The position numbers and the translations under genes were made by a program. From a bacterium (GTDB taxonomy: Bacteria > Acidobacteriota > Aminicenantia > Aminicenantales > Aminicenantaceae), in contig JAGXKI010000002.1 of the NCBI GenBank assembly GCA_018335295.1, forward strand, positions 2,643-66,642: a stretch of 64,000 nucleotides of DNA, written 5' to 3'. Below are positions 9,881 to 17,997 of the stretch, piece by piece. Position 1 is the first letter of the stretch. Each line of letters opens with the position of its first letter. Under the pieces are notes generated by a model, which worked only from the letters and a program-made list of their open reading frames with translations, did not search any database and was not told the DNA's origin.

Positions 9881-10777
9881 TTGTCCTCTACGATATTTAA
9901 ATTGGTTAAAGAAAAAATCGTTCGTCTGGATGGAGCTATGGGGACTGAGCTTATCAGGCATGGGTTAAAAACGGGAACATGTCCTGAACAATGGAATATT
10001 GAAAGTCCCCAGATCATAAAAAGTATTCACAAAAATTATTTTCAATCGGGAGCCGATGCTGTTCAGACAAACAGTTTTGGCGGGAATAAAATCAAATTAT
10101 CTTATTATAATATGGGTGAACAGTGTTATGAAATCAATTACAGAGCGGCTCAACTCGCCAAGGAGGTCAGACCTAAAAACAAATTCATCGCAGGAAGTAT
10201 AGGGCCCACCGGAAAATTTTTGAAACCTTATGGCTTCTATACTGAAAAAGATTTCGAAGAAGCCTATGGTGAACAAGCCCAAGGACTGGAAAAAGGAGGC
10301 GCGGATTTCCTTCTCATCGAAACACAATATGATTTAAGGGAAGCTCTCTGTGCACTCAGAGCTGGCCAAAAATGGACCCATATTCCTGTATTTGTAACCA
10401 TGACTTTTGACCATTTTAAAAGAGGTTATTTTACAGTTATGGGAAACAGTGTGGCTCAATGCATGAAGGAATTTGAATCTCAAGGAGTGCCCATATCTGG
10501 GGCTAACTGCACTTTGGATACACAAAAAATGAGCGAACTCATAAAAGTCATCCGCCGAACTACTTCCCTACCCCTTATTGCCCAGGCCAACGCCGGTCAA
10601 CCTATCCTGTCCTCTTCTACAGGGGAAGTTTCCTACAGCCAATCTATTGACGATTATGTGAAGTATGTCCCTCGAATGATTGAAAACGGAGCCAACATCT
10701 TAGGAGGATGCTGTGGGACGGATCCTCAATACATAAACAGGCTGGATCAAATCATAAAAAAATTCGATGAAAAATAG
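9881..10777 (+). CDS. Homocysteine S-methyltransferase domain protein (MmuM/MetH N-terminal-domain like)
   Basis: S-methyl_trans family motifs (LDGAMGTEL, QTNSFG, GGCCGT). TTG start with AGGAG Shine-Dalgarno sequence. Confidence 0.75.
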   Translation: MSSTIFKLVKEKIVRLDGAMGTELIRHGLKTGTCPEQWNIESPQIIKSIHKNYFQSGADAVQTNSFGGNKIKLSYYNMGEQCYEINYRAAQLAKEVRPKNKFIAGSIGPTGKFLKPYGFYTEKDFEEAYGEQAQGLEKGGADFLLIETQYDLREALCALRAGQKWTHIPVFVTMTFDHFKRGYFTVMGNSVAQCMKEFESQGVPISGANCTLDTQKMSELIKVIRRTTSLPLIAQANAGQPILSSSTGEVSYSQSIDDYVKYVPRMIENGANILGGCCGTDPQYINRLDQIIKKFDEK

Positions 10778-10790
10778 GTTGACTTTAAAA

Positions 10791-11801
10791 TCACTGGGTT
10801 ACGACGACGGCCGGAGGTAAATCTTTGGTAATCTTAAGTCCCGGAGAAGCTTGGACGGCATTGACAATGGTGTTAATCGTAACTGCCACTGTCCCTATAT
10901 CTCCATGGACTCCGCCTAATATTTTTTCATGGATATCCGGTTCTCCTTGGATATAAATCTCATCGTACTCATCTTTCACTCCGGCGTGGGCATTGAATTC
11001 CAGGTTTATAACTTTCTCTCCGTTTTTCTTCCCGAAAGCCACACTGACAAGTCCCATAACATCGCCCACTTTAACAGTTCCCATTCCTGTGGTTAATTCT
11101 CTATCTGCAATAGCCGGTTCGGGAGGCAATTCTCGGACTTCCTCCAATTCCCATCCCAGGCCATCGGCGATCATATACACAGATTCAAGGAGGCCTACAT
11201 GGCCGGTAATGATTTTTTTCTCAATTTTTTCTTCAAACTCATCTCTGGTCAATCCTGTGCCTACCTTTTTCTGAAAAGGAATGCGTCTTTGGGCTGAATT
11301 CATCATCCGGACGACCCGGACGGAATCAACCTTCAAACAGGGTCCTGTTAATACCAGCGGGAGTGTGTCCATCAAAAATCCAGGATTGATGCCGGTCCCC
11401 ACCACAGTCACTCCTTTTTCCTTGGCCAAATCATCGATTTTTTTGGCCCTATCTGGACTTCGCTTCCAAGGAAAAGACAATTCTTCTGATGTGGAAATGA
11501 CATTCAATCCAGCTTCAATGCATTGAAATATTTGAGGATGTATGTTTTCTAGATAAGAAGTGGTAGTCAGAACAACTGCATCAGCTTTGACTTCTGAAAA
11601 AAGTTTATCTGCATCGTGTTCTATCTTCACCCCTAATTTCTTAGGAGGGTCCAGAAAATTTCCCAAATCCTTTCCTGCTAATTCCTCATCCACATCTACC
11701 GCTCCGACTATCTCAAATCGATCTTTGCTTGAAAGAGCCTGAACTATCCTCCGGCCCATAACACCGCATCCATAAATAATCAAATTGATTTTACCTGCCA
11801 A
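10791..11801 (-). CDS. DapB-N-like NAD(P)-dependent amine dehydrogenase (2,4-diaminopentanoate dehydrogenase, Ord-like family)
   Basis: N-terminal GxGxxG Rossmann region (INLIIYGCGVMGRRIVQALSS...EIVGAVDVDEELAGKDLG), reminiscent of the Ord/nat-AmDH family. TTG start with a GAGGAGG Shine-Dalgarno sequence. Confidence 0.55.
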   Translation of the reverse strand: MAGKINLIIYGCGVMGRRIVQALSSKDRFEIVGAVDVDEELAGKDLGNFLDPPKKLGVKIEHDADKLFSEVKADAVVLTTTSYLENIHPQIFQCIEAGLNVISTSEELSFPWKRSPDRAKKIDDLAKEKGVTVVGTGINPGFLMDTLPLVLTGPCLKVDSVRVVRMMNSAQRRIPFQKKVGTGLTRDEFEEKIEKKIITGHVGLLESVYMIADGLGWELEEVRELPPEPAIADRELTTGMGTVKVGDVMGLVSVAFGKKNGEKVINLEFNAHAGVKDEYDEIYIQGEPDIHEKILGGVHGDIGTVAVTINTIVNAVQASPGLKITKDLPPAVVVTQ

Positions 11802-11825
11802 TTAATCCTCCTCTGTTTAACCTGT

Positions 11826-11848
11826 ATTATTATATATAAGATTGAATT
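11826..11848. promoter_or_regulatory. Conserved motif copy (tattattatatataagattgaatt)
   Basis: One of four occurrences of an AAGATTGAATT-containing motif, each directly upstream of a minus-strand gene. Confidence 0.35.
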
Positions 11849-13244
11849 AAAATTTTAATTTATATCTTTCCCATCGATTAACTATTCTTTCAACCGCTTC
11901 CAATGACTCCTGTATCTCTTTATAGGAGTGAGCGTAGGAAATAGCTCCATAACCATGAAAAGTATTGAACCCTTCCTCCAGCATGGCTAACTTGAATAGA
12001 CTCTCTCTCATATCAATGTCACTGATTTCGGGATTGCACGCTTCATTTGGAGAATTTATGGGGCCGGCTCCTTTTTTAAGAAAATGGACTCCCACCATAG
12101 AACTATAGGGGACGAGGGTCTCATCTCCACCCGTACATTGGACATTGAATCCGTGTTGGGTAAAGATATTTTCAATTCCCTGACGCACCTTTTTCCCCAT
12201 CCTTCCAATTTGGGGGTAGATTTCATCTTGATTCTCGATTAAGTGACTTAAGAAATTCAAACCCGCGTAGACAGAACCCGGATGAGCGGAGAAAGTCCCT
12301 CCTTCAAATTTAACTTTTTGGGATGTTTTCACTTCCGGGTCACAGAGATTCATAATCTCCTTTTTCCCCGCCAAAGCAGATAAAGGCATCCCCCCTCCGA
12401 TAGCCTTTCCTAAAATAGACAACTCTGGTTTGACCTTGTATAAACTCTGAAGGCCTCCTGCATGAAAACGAAAACCGGAGATGACCTCATCCAGAACCAA
12501 AACCACCCCATATCTTCTGGTCAATTCCCGCGCTTTCTGTAGATACTCAGGGGTGGCGAAAATAAAGCCTCCGGCTCCCACAAAAGGTTCCATCAACAAA
12601 CAAGAAATTCTTTCTCCATACTCCATGAATTTTTTCTCAAGGTCTTCTGTATCGTTAAACTGAGTGATAAGGATAGTATTTTCCATTCCCGTAGGGAGGC
12701 CTGCTGATTCCACATGATCCAATCCTCGGTCATAGGAGCTGATTCCTTTTAAAGCATAGGGTTGAGCTCCGTGCCATCCCCCTCCTGCTTTCATGATCAA
12801 TTCTCTATTGGTGTAGGCCTTAGCTAACATCACCGCATACATGGAAGCAAGAGTGCCACTGGTGGTGAACCGAATTTTATCAGCCGGGATGGTATTCAGG
12901 ATAAGTTCGGCTAACTGGCTTTGATAGAGACCTGGAAAACCAGTCATCAACCCATATCCTTCCTTCATATACCGGACCAGAGAATCTCTAATCACAGGGG
13001 GATTATGTCCCAGAACATTGGCGAAATGCCCCTGCCAGAAATCCACATAGGTATGGCCATCCACATCCTTCACTTTGGAGCCGAGGCATTGACGATCAAA
13101 GAAAGGAAAAGGAGAAAACAACCGAAGATTATGACTTCCCCCTTTTATCTGAAATTGAAGGGCTTTTTTATATATCCGCTCAGATTCTCTATGATTCTGT
13201 TTATAATCTCGAACAAGACGTTGGAGTAAAGTATTTTTTTCCAT
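11847..13244 (-). CDS. Class III PLP-dependent aminotransferase / glutamate-1-semialdehyde 2,1-aminomutase-like
   Basis: HemL-like layout (GGSHNLRLFSP...DVDGHTYVDF...TTSGTLASMYAVMLAKAYT...LVLDEVISGFRF...GKAIGGGMPLSA). Confidence 0.75.
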   Translation of the reverse strand: MEKNTLLQRLVRDYKQNHRESERIYKKALQFQIKGGSHNLRLFSPFPFFDRQCLGSKVKDVDGHTYVDFWQGHFANVLGHNPPVIRDSLVRYMKEGYGLMTGFPGLYQSQLAELILNTIPADKIRFTTSGTLASMYAVMLAKAYTNRELIMKAGGGWHGAQPYALKGISSYDRGLDHVESAGLPTGMENTILITQFNDTEDLEKKFMEYGERISCLLMEPFVGAGGFIFATPEYLQKARELTRRYGVVLVLDEVISGFRFHAGGLQSLYKVKPELSILGKAIGGGMPLSALAGKKEIMNLCDPEVKTSQKVKFEGGTFSAHPGSVYAGLNFLSHLIENQDEIYPQIGRMGKKVRQGIENIFTQHGFNVQCTGGDETLVPYSSMVGVHFLKKGAGPINSPNEACNPEISDIDMRESLFKLAMLEEGFNTFHGYGAISYAHSYKEIQESLEAVERIVNRWERYKLKF

Positions 13245-13341
13245 CTCCCTTTTTTTACAAACTCATCCCCTTCCTTTTCTCTCTTCTATTCGCCCTCAAG
13301 CTTTTTCTCGAATCTTTTTGAAAACCCAGAAGAAAAACTTT

Positions 13342-15186
13342 CTACTTTAAATATTTATTTAACTTCTGTGCCAATCTCTGATCAAGGGATTTCAACTTTT
13401 CGTACATATCCCGGGCACTCGACCTGTCCTGGAGATTAAGATAGGCAATTCCCAGGTTGTAGTAGGCTACGGCCATACTTGGATCTAATTCCACGGTTTT
13501 ATTCAGAGGCTCTACGGCTTGGGCAAATTTCTTCTGCTGCATGTAAGCCACTCCCATATTGAACCATCCGTTGGCTTTATTGGGAGACAACTCCACAAAT
13601 TTTTCGAATCTTTGAATCGCTTGATCGAAATTTTTTAACCTCAGATTGCATATTCCCAGGTTATAATAAGCATAATCATAGTTAGGACGAAGTTCCACAA
13701 CTTTTTTCAAGGTTTCTATGGCTTTCTCATAATCTTCTGTTTTCACATACATGTAACCTAGATTATACAAAGCATCTGAGTCTTCAGGGGACAGTTCCAC
13801 CATCTTTTTAGCTGCCTCAATAGCTTTTTCCGGTTGATTGGCCTGATCATAAATCTGAATGATATTGTTGTAATAAACTTTGGCATTTTCAGGGTTTAAC
13901 TCCGCCAATTTGTTATAAATCTGGGCTGCTTTATCTGCTTTCTGGGTTTCCCGATAAGCCCTGGCCAAATTGGAAAGAATCTTTCTATCCTCAGGACTTT
14001 TTTCTCGAGCTTTTTTGAAAACTGAAATAGCTTTTTCAAACTGCTTGAGCTCTATCCTGGATATTCCCAACCGAAAATATACATTTTTAAGTTCCTTTGG
14101 ATTTGCTTCGATGTATTTATTATAAGCTTCAGCAGCTTCCTTGAAATTTTCCATTTTTTCATAGGCGTTCCCCAGATGATAGTGGGCTTCTTTATTCTCT
14201 TCATTAAGTTCTACAGCCTTTTTTAAAGGAGAAATCGCCTTTTTCCATTTCCTCATTTCCAAATAGACCTGACCGATTCTCATGTAGATATCATCCCTCT
14301 GAGGATTCAATTCAACAATTTTTTCATACTCGGATACAGCCGAAGAATATTTCCTTTGTTTCGAATACACATTAGCCAAAAGTCTGTGAACATCAATATT
14401 CTTAGGTTTCTGTTCGGCCACCTTCTCTAGAGCCTGCTGAGCATTGTAATGGTCTCCGAAAAGTGCGTAAGCTCGACCCGAAAAACTGGCTCCTGCAAGG
14501 GTGGAAAAATAATCTTCGGTTGTTCCTTTTCCGAAATCCGCGACACTCCCCTTTGGGGATAAAGAAGTGATTTCATCCACAGGGATGGCAAAACTGGTGC
14601 CTCCCTCCAGATAGACCATAACTCCCAGAACCTTTCCATCAGTCCCTATCAAAGGAGCTCCACTGAATTCCTCTTCAATCTCTATGCTTGTATCCACCAC
14701 GTTGGTGTTTTCTCTCAATTCCATGATTTCTTTGATTTTTCCTTCAGAAACACCAATATCTCCCTGGGCATCCCCTCCAATCACGAAAGCCCTGCTTCCT
14801 TTAGTTAAATCACTGGAACTAGCTAAACTCAGAGGTGAAGTGTTTCTTTTGATTTTCACCAAAACCAAATCCAAATCTTTATTGGAATCCACAATGCCTG
14901 CAAACTTTACTTTTTTACCTTTAAAATTGACTCCTTGGACTTGATGGGCCTGACTGATCAAGTGATAATTGGTGACGATTATTTCTTTACTTAAAGCAAA
15001 ACCCGTGCCTCTACAAACCTCTTCTCCCTCCTGATCGTAAGAAACAAAAGAAACTATGCTTTGCTTACTCTGGTTCAATATTTTAGAGGCTTCTTCAGAC
15101 TGAGTTCCGGTTTGAGAAAAAAGTAAACAGACAGAAATTAAAAATATCAAAAATCCAATCGGAATCGTATTAATGTATCTTTTCAT
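13342..15186 (-). CDS. Secreted trypsin-like serine peptidase fused to C-terminal TPR repeats
   Basis: Signal peptide, S1-like core (GTGFAL...TNYHLI...DLDLVLVKI...FSGAPLI), then about 10 TPR units. Confidence 0.75.
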   Translation of the reverse strand: MKRYINTIPIGFLIFLISVCLLFSQTGTQSEEASKILNQSKQSIVSFVSYDQEGEEVCRGTGFALSKEIIVTNYHLISQAHQVQGVNFKGKKVKFAGIVDSNKDLDLVLVKIKRNTSPLSLASSSDLTKGSRAFVIGGDAQGDIGVSEGKIKEIMELRENTNVVDTSIEIEEEFSGAPLIGTDGKVLGVMVYLEGGTSFAIPVDEITSLSPKGSVADFGKGTTEDYFSTLAGASFSGRAYALFGDHYNAQQALEKVAEQKPKNIDVHRLLANVYSKQRKYSSAVSEYEKIVELNPQRDDIYMRIGQVYLEMRKWKKAISPLKKAVELNEENKEAHYHLGNAYEKMENFKEAAEAYNKYIEANPKELKNVYFRLGISRIELKQFEKAISVFKKAREKSPEDRKILSNLARAYRETQKADKAAQIYNKLAELNPENAKVYYNNIIQIYDQANQPEKAIEAAKKMVELSPEDSDALYNLGYMYVKTEDYEKAIETLKKVVELRPNYDYAYYNLGICNLRLKNFDQAIQRFEKFVELSPNKANGWFNMGVAYMQQKKFAQAVEPLNKTVELDPSMAVAYYNLGIAYLNLQDRSSARDMYEKLKSLDQRLAQKLNKYLK

Positions 15187-15393
15187 GGCTACCTCCTCTC
15201 TCTATTATATATATTATGGAGATAAATTTAAAAGATTTAAATTTACACTTTGAAAAAAATCCTGTCAAACTTTTTTGTCTAACCCCATTTTTCGTACATT
15301 TTCCTTTTTCTGGTTTGACATTTCTTTATACTTCCATTAACTTAATAAATCAAATTTTCTTTCAGCTTCAAACAACCACTCTCCTCCACAGAA

Positions 15394-15915
15394 ATGGACG
15401 TTAAAGACAAACATATATTCCTTTTTATCTATTCTTTGACTATAGGGGGAATCCTTCTCTGGTTGACTGCCATTTTTCTTGCTCCTTATCTTCGAGCCTA
15501 TCAATCCCCTATCCATATATTCATTTATTCGGCCTTCTCCAATATCTGTCATCAAATTCCTTCCCGCTGCTTTACCTTCTCTGGGTATCCCCTGGCCGTA
15601 TGTTCCCGCTGCTTGGGGATTTATTCGGGATTTTTACTCGGAACCCTTATGTATCCTAGGGTTCACGGTCTTCACAATCTCTCCTTTCCCAGAACAAGAA
15701 CCTTTTTCCTGGTTACCTTTCCCATTGTGGTGGATACTTCCGGAAATTTTCTCTCTTTATGGAACACTTTGGGTTGGATCCGATTTGCCCTGGGAGCTGT
15801 TTGGGGACTCATCCTTCCGTTTTATTTTATACCCGGATTGACCCAATTTGCTTTGGAGTGCAAACACAAACGAAATCCATATTCTTTCTTGAAATTTTGT
15901 AGCAAAAAAAAATAG
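15394..15915 (+). CDS. DUF2085-family membrane protein
   Basis: ICHQIPSRCF...AVCSRCLGIYSGFLLG motif and TM helices. Confidence 0.6.
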   Translation: MDVKDKHIFLFIYSLTIGGILLWLTAIFLAPYLRAYQSPIHIFIYSAFSNICHQIPSRCFTFSGYPLAVCSRCLGIYSGFLLGTLMYPRVHGLHNLSFPRTRTFFLVTFPIVVDTSGNFLSLWNTLGWIRFALGAVWGLILPFYFIPGLTQFALECKHKRNPYSFLKFCSKKK

Positions 15916-15949
15916 AATAAAGGGAACCGAACTTTAGGAAGGAGGAAAC

Positions 15950-16477
15950 ATGAACAATCAAAAACCTGGAATATTGGTCCCGGCTTTAGTGGGAGGCGGG
16001 TTAGCCGGTTTACTTTCAGGCATTCCTTTAATCAACTGTCTTTGCTGTGTGTGGGTAATCGGCGGCGCTGTCCTCTCTTCTTTTCTGTTGTCCCGGAACT
16101 CGCCTGTTTCTCTAACAGGGGGTGATGGAGCCATCGTGGGAATCTTCACAGGGATTATTGCAGCCGTAGTTGATGCTATCATCAGCATCCCTTTTCAAGC
16201 AATCAATGCAAGGATTGTTCAACGAGTGCTGGAAAGTATCGCCCAATACTCCGAAGAAATGCCTCCTCAATGGGAAACATGGCTTAAGAGAGGGGGAGCA
16301 GAAACCACTTTTGCCATGTTTATGTTGGGTTTGGTTATTTCTGTTTTCATTTTTGCAGCTTTGGGGGCCTTAGGTGGTATAATAGGAGTGGCCATTTTTG
16401 GCAAAAAGCCTGGAGAAAAAAAAGGAAGTGAAGGAGCGACCGATGTCCCCAAAGACACAGGTGATCGTCAATCCTGA
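15950..16477 (+). CDS. Hypothetical polytopic membrane protein
   Basis: Strong Shine-Dalgarno sequence (GGAAGGAGGAAAC-ATG). Gly/Ala-rich TM segments. Confidence 0.5.
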   Translation: MNNQKPGILVPALVGGGLAGLLSGIPLINCLCCVWVIGGAVLSSFLLSRNSPVSLTGGDGAIVGIFTGIIAAVVDAIISIPFQAINARIVQRVLESIAQYSEEMPPQWETWLKRGGAETTFAMFMLGLVISVFIFAALGALGGIIGVAIFGKKPGEKKGSEGATDVPKDTGDRQS

Positions 16478-17375
16478 ATCGGATCAGGGACGAACAGGAA
16501 AAAGATGGAAGCAGATCAAAGAAGCATTAAAAAGTTTTCTCAAAGAATTTAAATACGAATTCACCGAAAAGCCCTTCCAAGCGGTGGAAATAGCCAGAGA
16601 CTCAATCAAAAGTGGATTTGAATTGATTGTGGGAGTTGGAGGAGACGGCACTATCAATGAAATCGCCAACGGGTTCTACGAAGAAAAAAATCTCATCAAT
16701 CCCCACTCGTGTTTGGGAATCATTCCTTCCGGTACAGGGTGTGATTTTACCAAAAGCCTGAACATCCCCTACAACCTCAAAAATTCCCTGAAGCTCATCA
16801 CTCAAGCTCCTTCTTCCTTAATTGACGTAGGACGCATCCACTTCCAGGATCCTAAAGGGAAAAAGAAGGAAAGGTTATTCTTGAATATCGCTGACTTTGG
16901 GATTGGGGGTGAAGTGGTCCAAAAAATCAACCAGAAAAGGATGAAGCACAAAACTTCTTCCTATTTAAAGGCTCTTTTCTCCTCCTATGCCTCATATAAA
17001 AACAAAAATATCCGGATATCCGTCGATGATAAATTGATTTCTTCAGATGAATACATGATAGGGGCTTTTTCCAATGGAAGAATTTTCGGCAAAGGGATGA
17101 AAATTGCCCCTCATGCCAAATTGAATGACGGCCTTTTGGACATCGTTTTGGTTAAAGGGATGAAATTTATGGAATTTTTAATGAACAGCTGGAAAATCTA
17201 CACGGGCTCTCATCTATCTCATCCTAAAGTTAATTTCATTCGGGGAAAAAAAATTGAGGTGGTCCCGGCGAAAGAGGATAGTGTGCTTATGGAAATGGAT
17301 GGAGAACAAATAGGTGCCCTTCCCGCAACCATAGAAATCGTTCCCCAAAGTTTACTGGTGAAAGGAAATATATAA
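16443..17375 (+). CDS. Diacylglycerol kinase catalytic-domain lipid kinase (YegS/DagK-like)
   Basis: VIVNPESDQGRTGKRW and LIVGVGGDGTINEIANG motifs. Start taken at the internal Met with a GAAGGAG Shine-Dalgarno sequence. Confidence 0.8.
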   Translation: MSPKTQVIVNPESDQGRTGKRWKQIKEALKSFLKEFKYEFTEKPFQAVEIARDSIKSGFELIVGVGGDGTINEIANGFYEEKNLINPHSCLGIIPSGTGCDFTKSLNIPYNLKNSLKLITQAPSSLIDVGRIHFQDPKGKKKERLFLNIADFGIGGEVVQKINQKRMKHKTSSYLKALFSSYASYKNKNIRISVDDKLISSDEYMIGAFSNGRIFGKGMKIAPHAKLNDGLLDIVLVKGMKFMEFLMNSWKIYTGSHLSHPKVNFIRGKKIEVVPAKEDSVLMEMDGEQIGALPATIEIVPQSLLVKGNI

Positions 17376-17387
17376 GGTTATGAAAAT

Positions 17388-17990
17388 TCAGTTCCTTTTT
17401 TTCTTCATTAAATAAAGGTTTCGATCGTTGGTTAGGACTAAAGTGCCGGATTCATTATAGAATTTATAGATTTTTGTGGAGGTTTTTAGTTGGGATTGTC
17501 CCATCGAGGATTTTACCTTTCGGATATAATTAACGGTTTCCGGATAAGGGGGAACTCCTCCATATTTTTTTATGGCCTCTTGTCCGGCGTTATACGCGGC
17601 CAAAATCAACTCCAAATCTTTACCGTATATTTCCATTAAATCCTTCAGGTACTTCACTCCTCCCTCAATGTTTTCCTTGGGGCTAAAAAGATTGTCCACT
17701 CCATAAGCCTCTGCGGTTACCGGCATCAGCTGCATCAGCCCCACCGCCCCCTTGGACGAAACCGCTCTGGGATTGTAATTGGATTCGGCCTTTATAATGG
17801 AATGAATGAGTTTTTCTGGGACATTGTGTTTGCGAGCCGCTCTCTCGATAAGGGAATTCTGGCTCGGAGTGGGTTTCCGGCTGCCCCGGGCTTCAGGATA
17901 AACGGAAACGCTTAGGATCAAAAAAAACCCTATTCCCCAGACCACGGGTTGAAACCGGAATGAGGGAATTTTTTTTCGGTTCCTCATCAT
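17388..17990 (-). CDS. Lytic transglycosylase (SLT domain)
   Basis: ESNYNPRAVSSKGAVGLMQLMP catalytic-region motif. Signal/TM anchor. Confidence 0.8.
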   Translation of the reverse strand: MMRNRKKIPSFRFQPVVWGIGFFLILSVSVYPEARGSRKPTPSQNSLIERAARKHNVPEKLIHSIIKAESNYNPRAVSSKGAVGLMQLMPVTAEAYGVDNLFSPKENIEGGVKYLKDLMEIYGKDLELILAAYNAGQEAIKKYGGVPPYPETVNYIRKVKSSMGQSQLKTSTKIYKFYNESGTLVLTNDRNLYLMKKKRN

Positions 17991-17997
17991 GTTCCTC

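Noticed and set aside
16398-16442. Upstream start of the DAG-kinase-like ORF overlapping the preceding gene by 80 nt.
   Set aside because: The internal Met at 16443 has a GAAGGAG Shine-Dalgarno sequence and removes most of the overlap. Chosen as the start.
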